DNA from: Elusimicrobiota bacterium | GTDB lineage: Bacteria; CG03; SLGR01; JBDRKX01 | Assembly (NCBI GenBank): GCA_043813605.1 | Contig: JBDRKX010000048.1 | Location: 1 to 21,109, forward strand | Reading direction: 5' to 3' | DNA: 21,109 nt | Part shown: positions 16,930 through 21,109 of the stretch, piece after piece | Layout of the letters: the number at the start of each line of letters is the position of its first letter | Numbering within the stretch: the first letter of the stretch is position 1 | Notes under the pieces: model-generated | What the model was told of the DNA's origin: nothing | The model's input: the letters and a program-made list of their open reading frames with translations, nothing else | Database searches by the model: none | Made by a program: the position numbers and the translations under genes

Positions 16930-17940
16930 TTAATGTCCGGGCTTGGGATTCTTCCGCTTTTTATTAAATTTATTTTTTATTTTATCTGCAGGTATTTTTT
17001 TTATCGAATTATATGCCATACCCGGTATTTTGAAACTGTATATGGCAAGACGCGACTGGAACCAGAGACTCCCCTTCTTGACATCTATTCTTTTTATCAG
17101 GAACGGGTTCTTCTCCGTGTTTAATCCTGGGTCCAGGGTAAAAGCTCCTTTAAACCCGCATTCCGCCACTATATCAGGCAGCCGGTCGTCATATTCTCCC
17201 CTGGGATAACAGAAATAATCCTGTCCGGCACCCAGGTTTTCACGAACAAGCTCTTTTGAAGTCAGAATATCTTTCTTCACCCTTTCCGCCCGTTCTGAGT
17301 CAGTCTCAGAATGTCCTGTTTTTCCGGTTTTAATGTAGTTTTTGTACTCCCGAAACATTCTTTTCTGGAACCCTTCCGAATCAGCGAAATCCTTTCCTCC
17401 GTATTCTTCGGCAAACGCGGCCATATGGCTGTTCATCTCTTCATCGGGATAAAACCTGTTTCCGTAAAGATCCGAACGGAGAGTAAACAAAGGATAACCG
17501 ATCCGGGCATGGCCGCCATATATAACATCAAGATCATGCTGATAATGTATCCCGGTGTTGAACCGGAAAGGTTCTGACGATACGAAATGCCTGTTATGCA
17601 TATGGCCATGCGCTTCTATAGCAAACCTTCCGCTTTTTTTCAGTTCCCTCAACCGGTCCCATGAAAGATAACCCGGCGTTCCCACCCTGTCAGTTATCAC
17701 GAATACAGTGCCGTAAAATCCGTGTTTTTGCACTATGGGCGCGACAAAATCGGGGATATCATCATAACCGTCATCAAAAGTAAGATGAACGAACTTGCCC
17801 TTACCGCAGTCTTCTATCTCAGACAGCTTAACCGGAGTCCATTTGCTGTCTTTAAGGATTACCAGGTTCTCTTCAAATCCCTCCGGTGTTATCCCCTTTT
17901 CGCGGGATACATGATGGTAACACAATACGATAAGACCCAT
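16930..17940 (-). CDS. Polysaccharide deacetylase (CE4/NodB-like) with a large internal insertion
   Basis: VLCYHHV, LTFDDGY, HGHMH, FCYPRG motifs. Confidence 0.92.
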   Translation of the reverse strand: MGLIVLCYHHVSREKGITPEGFEENLVILKDSKWTPVKLSEIEDCGKGKFVHLTFDDGYDDIPDFVAPIVQKHGFYGTVFVITDRVGTPGYLSWDRLRELKKSGRFAIEAHGHMHNRHFVSSEPFRFNTGIHYQHDLDVIYGGHARIGYPLFTLRSDLYGNRFYPDEEMNSHMAAFAEEYGGKDFADSEGFQKRMFREYKNYIKTGKTGHSETDSERAERVKKDILTSKELVRENLGAGQDYFCYPRGEYDDRLPDIVAECGFKGAFTLDPGLNTEKNPFLIKRIDVKKGSLWFQSRLAIYSFKIPGMAYNSIKKIPADKIKNKFNKKRKNPKPGH

Positions 17941-18923
17941 TACCCGGTTCTCTCTCTTCCCGCAACTGCTTCCGGCATCTCATTTAATATATCCATTATT
18001 CTATCTACCTTTATTTTATCTATCCCGCCATCGGACACTATTTCCATGGCTCGGCCGTCTCTGTTTACCCATTCGTATACATCTTCATATTTGCCGTTAA
18101 ACAATATTAACGATATGTTTCCAGAAATCTGCGGAACATGACCCGGTCCACAATCATTGGAAACCGCTACAATACAATTTTTCACTTCACCAATAAGTTC
18201 ACTTGCTTTAGCTGTTTCATCAAGGAATTCAATGTCAGCTACTAATTCACCCAGTTTTTCTGCTATACTTCCTCTGTATTCTTTCTCTTCGGGTCCCAGC
18301 ACAAAAAGTACTTTTTTATTTAATTCCCGTATTATTCGCCGGGCAAGCTCTATATAATTTTCCAGCGGCCAGAGTTTTTCTTTCTTCGAACCGCACGGGA
18401 TCAGCCATACCGAAGGAGAAGTTCTACATTTGTATTCCGGAAAGATCTTGCCATATTCAATAGTTTTGACGGTAAAAGGTTTAAGCAGTTTTAAAAAATT
18501 TGCCGCCCGGTATGTTTTCTTATCATACTTAAAACAATAATCGTATATTAAAGGCGAATATTTTCTTTTAAATCCCACTTTCGTTCTTATGCCTGACAGA
18601 ATATTCAGCAGCCAGTCGCGTTCGGATTTCCTTCTTAAAGTAAAAAGTATATCATACCCGCCGTTTCTCAGCTCTTTAATGACAGATAAAAACCCGCCTA
18701 TTCCGCCTGTAAGATCATTTATAAAAATATCGTCAAAGAGCCCTATACCGTCTATGATCCGGATTTCCTGTCTCGGGCTGAAGAGTGTCACTCCGGCACC
18801 GGGAAATATTTTCCTGAGACCCCTCAGAAAAGGTATCAGGACTATCAGCGCACCCAGGAATTTCTTGTTCGGAAGAAGAACGGCTACTCTTTTTATTTCA
18901 GTATTTTTGGGGCTGTCTTTCAA
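17940..18923 (-). CDS. Glycosyltransferase family 9 (heptosyltransferase-like)
   Basis: KLWPLENY, LGPEE, VSNDCGPGH. TTG start overlapping the upstream TGA. Confidence 0.88.
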   Translation of the reverse strand: MKDSPKNTEIKRVAVLLPNKKFLGALIVLIPFLRGLRKIFPGAGVTLFSPRQEIRIIDGIGLFDDIFINDLTGGIGGFLSVIKELRNGGYDILFTLRRKSERDWLLNILSGIRTKVGFKRKYSPLIYDYCFKYDKKTYRAANFLKLLKPFTVKTIEYGKIFPEYKCRTSPSVWLIPCGSKKEKLWPLENYIELARRIIRELNKKVLFVLGPEEKEYRGSIAEKLGELVADIEFLDETAKASELIGEVKNCIVAVSNDCGPGHVPQISGNISLILFNGKYEDVYEWVNRDGRAMEIVSDGGIDKIKVDRIMDILNEMPEAVAGRERTG

Positions 18924-19990
18924 AGTTTTTCGTATAATTCCGCGTACCTTGTGACCATCTTTTCTACAGAAAATTCCTCCATTACCCTGGTTATGCTTCG
19001 TTCCCTGAAAGTCCTTCTGAGAACACTGTCATGTGTCAGTCTTAATACTTTTTCCGAAACATCCGTAAAATCGTTTATCCCGGCAAGAAATCCGTTTTGT
19101 GAATCTTCTATCAGTTCCGGTATGCCGCCGACAGCCGTTGCAACTACAGGCACACCGGAAGCCATCGCCTGCAGTATGACCGTCCCCAGCCCCTCAAAGT
19201 TGACCGTGTGTACCAGTATGTCTATTGAAGAGAAGAATTCGTGCATATCTTCCACAAATCCCGACATCTCCACACTTTCTGAAAGCCCGGATTCCCTGAT
19301 AAATTTCTTAACTTTATGCTCGTCCTTTCCTGTACCGGCAATATAAAATCTCACATTTTCGGTACCGGCTGTTTCCTTTATTATTTTAGCAGCTTTTATA
19401 TAGGTTATATAGTCCCTGTCACGCAGGTCGATGGCGCCCGCCATGCCTATTCTGCAGACTTTTTCTTCTTCAGGACGCTCTGCGGGACAGAACTTATCTG
19501 TATTCACAGCCGAGTATATCCTTTCTATCTGTTGTAATCCTGCTCTGTTCAGTGTCTTCTTGATGTCTTCGGATATAGCTACGATCATATCCGGGTACCT
19601 GTACTTCGCCAGGTTCAGCCTGCCGGACGATAGAGGAAGGCTTACCCTTTTAGTATATACCGTTTTAACAGGAAGCCCCCTCAATGCCCACGCCCCGATG
19701 CCCAGGCTCCTCGAAGTATGGAAATGCACTATATCAGGCCGCTCTTTTTTGATTATACGCCTTAACCGCAAGCCCGATATTATGTCTATATCGTTTAGGG
19801 GTTGAAGGGGAGTTGTTTCTATTCCTGTTGCAGATACTGCTTTTTCAAGCGGCGATCCTGCGGGTGTAACGAGGAGCTGCTTCAAACCATGCTCTTTCAA
19901 TCCTGACATAAGGAGAAAGACCTGATTCTGGCCGCCCCGCCAACTACGGCCCGTATCAAAATGTATTATATATCTGTTGCCGGGAGACAA
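18920..19990 (-). CDS. Glycosyltransferase family 4
   Basis: WRGGQNQV, PDIVHFHT, EGLGTVILQAMASGVPVVAT..GGIPE. TTG start. Confidence 0.93.
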   Translation of the reverse strand: MSPGNRYIIHFDTGRSWRGGQNQVFLLMSGLKEHGLKQLLVTPAGSPLEKAVSATGIETTPLQPLNDIDIISGLRLRRIIKKERPDIVHFHTSRSLGIGAWALRGLPVKTVYTKRVSLPLSSGRLNLAKYRYPDMIVAISEDIKKTLNRAGLQQIERIYSAVNTDKFCPAERPEEEKVCRIGMAGAIDLRDRDYITYIKAAKIIKETAGTENVRFYIAGTGKDEHKVKKFIRESGLSESVEMSGFVEDMHEFFSSIDILVHTVNFEGLGTVILQAMASGVPVVATAVGGIPELIEDSQNGFLAGINDFTDVSEKVLRLTHDSVLRRTFRERSITRVMEEFSVEKMVTRYAELYEKL

Positions 19991-19991
19991 T

Positions 19992-20873
19992 CTAATCCCT
20001 GATCAGTTTATAGTTTCTGTATTCACCGATCTTTATTCCGGTGAGGTTATCTATTATATCGGTGATCCTGTATCTTATATCTTTGAGAGTAATCTTTCTT
20101 TTATGTTTTTTCGGTTCGAATTTGTATTTCCAGTTCTCTATCCTGTCCCGCATTACGGATGAATGCGTTCCCCTGAATCCGCCCACCATATTACTGTCTA
20201 TGTGCTCTTCGTAATAGAACCTGTCTTCTTTCTCAGTCTCGCTGTTTTCGTCTCCATGATGCAGCGAATCGTGGTACCTGTTCTTGTCCGCCATCTTATA
20301 AGGATCCCGCACCCAGCCGTAATGGTAAACATGGGCAGGACACTGTTTTACCGCCAGTTTCCTGCCGTCCACTCTGAAAGTCTGGGCGCTTCTCCAGGAC
20401 TGGATACCGAGATGGTTTTTTATTATCCGTATTTCTTTCCTGTACCAGTGATAAGAACTCACATAAGTATCGTAACTGCCGAAAAAATGATAATAATCCA
20501 GGAGCAGTCCTTCCACCCTGTCGTCTTCAAGGTTTTCTTCCATGCTTTTTCTTATCCTGGAATGATCCTCTTCGTGAAGGACCTCGTCCGCCTGCAGGTA
20601 TATACACCAGTCTCCCCTGCATTTGTAGAGAGGGATATTAGTCTGTACCGCCAGTATCCTGCCCTTTACCTTGAATTTTGGATCCCATTCGGTCTCTATA
20701 ATCGTTATCTTATCGTCTTGTATCGATCTTACCGCTTCAAGTGACCCGTCGTCCGAGATACCCACATTTACAAAAACTTCGTCACACAACGGCAGCATCG
20801 ATTTTATCGATTCTACTATCGGAAAATCATATTTTATCGCATCTTTTACAAAAGTGAACCCGCTTATCTTCAT
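19992..20873 (-). CDS. Glycosyltransferase family 2-like (GT-A) protein
   Basis: MKISGFTFVK, SDDGS, GDWCIYLQADE, YHYGWVR. Confidence 0.88.
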   Translation of the reverse strand: MKISGFTFVKDAIKYDFPIVESIKSMLPLCDEVFVNVGISDDGSLEAVRSIQDDKITIIETEWDPKFKVKGRILAVQTNIPLYKCRGDWCIYLQADEVLHEEDHSRIRKSMEENLEDDRVEGLLLDYYHFFGSYDTYVSSYHWYRKEIRIIKNHLGIQSWRSAQTFRVDGRKLAVKQCPAHVYHYGWVRDPYKMADKNRYHDSLHHGDENSETEKEDRFYYEEHIDSNMVGGFRGTHSSVMRDRIENWKYKFEPKKHKRKITLKDIRYRITDIIDNLTGIKIGEYRNYKLIRD

Positions 20874-20924
20874 TTTTTAGTGTTTCCTGTTTTAATACTG
20901 CAGCAACCCGTCTTTAATTTACTG

Positions 20925-20953
20925 ATTATAGAAATTATTCTTATATATTACAA
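20925..20953 (-). promoter_or_regulatory. Putative sigma70 promoter of the glycosyltransferase cluster
   Basis: TTGTAA (20953-20948), 17-nt spacer, TATAAT (20930-20925). Confidence 0.6.
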
Positions 20954-20999
20954 TGTACAGGCCTGGAACGGGTGCATCCCCGCAATTGTAAACCCTAAT

Positions 21000-21036
21000 T
21001 TGACAATATGGTAGTTGTAATATATAATAACTACCA
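21000..21036 (+). promoter_or_regulatory. Consensus sigma70 promoter overlapped by a palindromic operator
   Basis: TTGACA (21000-21005), 17-nt spacer, TATAAT (21023-21028). Inverted repeat TGGTAGTT (21009-21016)-N12-AACTACCA (21029-21036). Confidence 0.8.
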
Positions 21037-21038
21037 AT

Positions 21039-21109
21039 ATGAACAGCAGAAACCAAATAAGCGACGCACGCCAACAGTTAATACGCCTGTCAAAACCCCT
21101 TCTCAATCA
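21039..21109 (+). CDS. 5' fragment of an unidentified gene (runs off the window)
   Basis: ATG 10 nt after a consensus -10; open to the window end (MNSRNQISDARQQLIRLSKPLLN...). Too short to assign. Confidence 0.5.
   Translation, partial: MNSRNQISDARQQLIRLSKPLLN

Noticed and set aside
277..20880. Numerous antisense ORFs in the track (e.g. 277..729, 7837..8493, 10201..10584, 20163..20744)
   Set aside because: They lie opposite well-supported genes and show no recognisable motifs; they are shadow ORFs.
14313..21109. tRNA-His as the integration site of an island carrying the glycosyltransferase genes
   Set aside because: The accessory genes lie on the 5' side of the tRNA; no integrase or duplicated tRNA 3' end is visible.
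1..21109. CRISPR arrays, transposases, phage or defence genes, alternative genetic code
   Set aside because: None seen. Conserved genes read through normally and TAA, TAG and TGA all act as stops.

Overview
Bacterial chromosomal region of moderate GC, mostly housekeeping genes on the minus strand. Left to right: 5' end of a comM/YifB AAA+ ATPase gene; a divergent exported protein with a ComEC-like metallo-beta-lactamase fold, degenerate metal motifs and a TPR-like tail; an exported SH3-like protein; a stand-alone receiver protein; rpsP-khpA-trmD-rplS-yraN (no rimM or rnhB here); a tightly packed rplM-rpsI-sppA-Yip1-argC-argJ-tsaC-LMW phosphatase-glyA-upp-wecA-wecB run; tRNA-His; an unexplained ~140-nt structured element; an exported acidic low-complexity protein; a triply frameshifted SGNH-hydrolase gene; an LPS-core-like GT2/GT4/GT9/deacetylase cluster; and the start of a divergent gene behind a consensus promoter with a palindromic operator. 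I see no mobile element, CRISPR array or clear-cut new multi-gene system. The best leads are the structured RNA-like element (14508-14645), the apparently dead ComEC-like MBL/TPR protein facing comM, an ATT-initiated yraN overlapping the rplS stop, the SGNH gene that needs three 1-nt insertions to be restored, and recurrent near-leaderless promoters. All family calls come from motif recognition by eye, not database searches.
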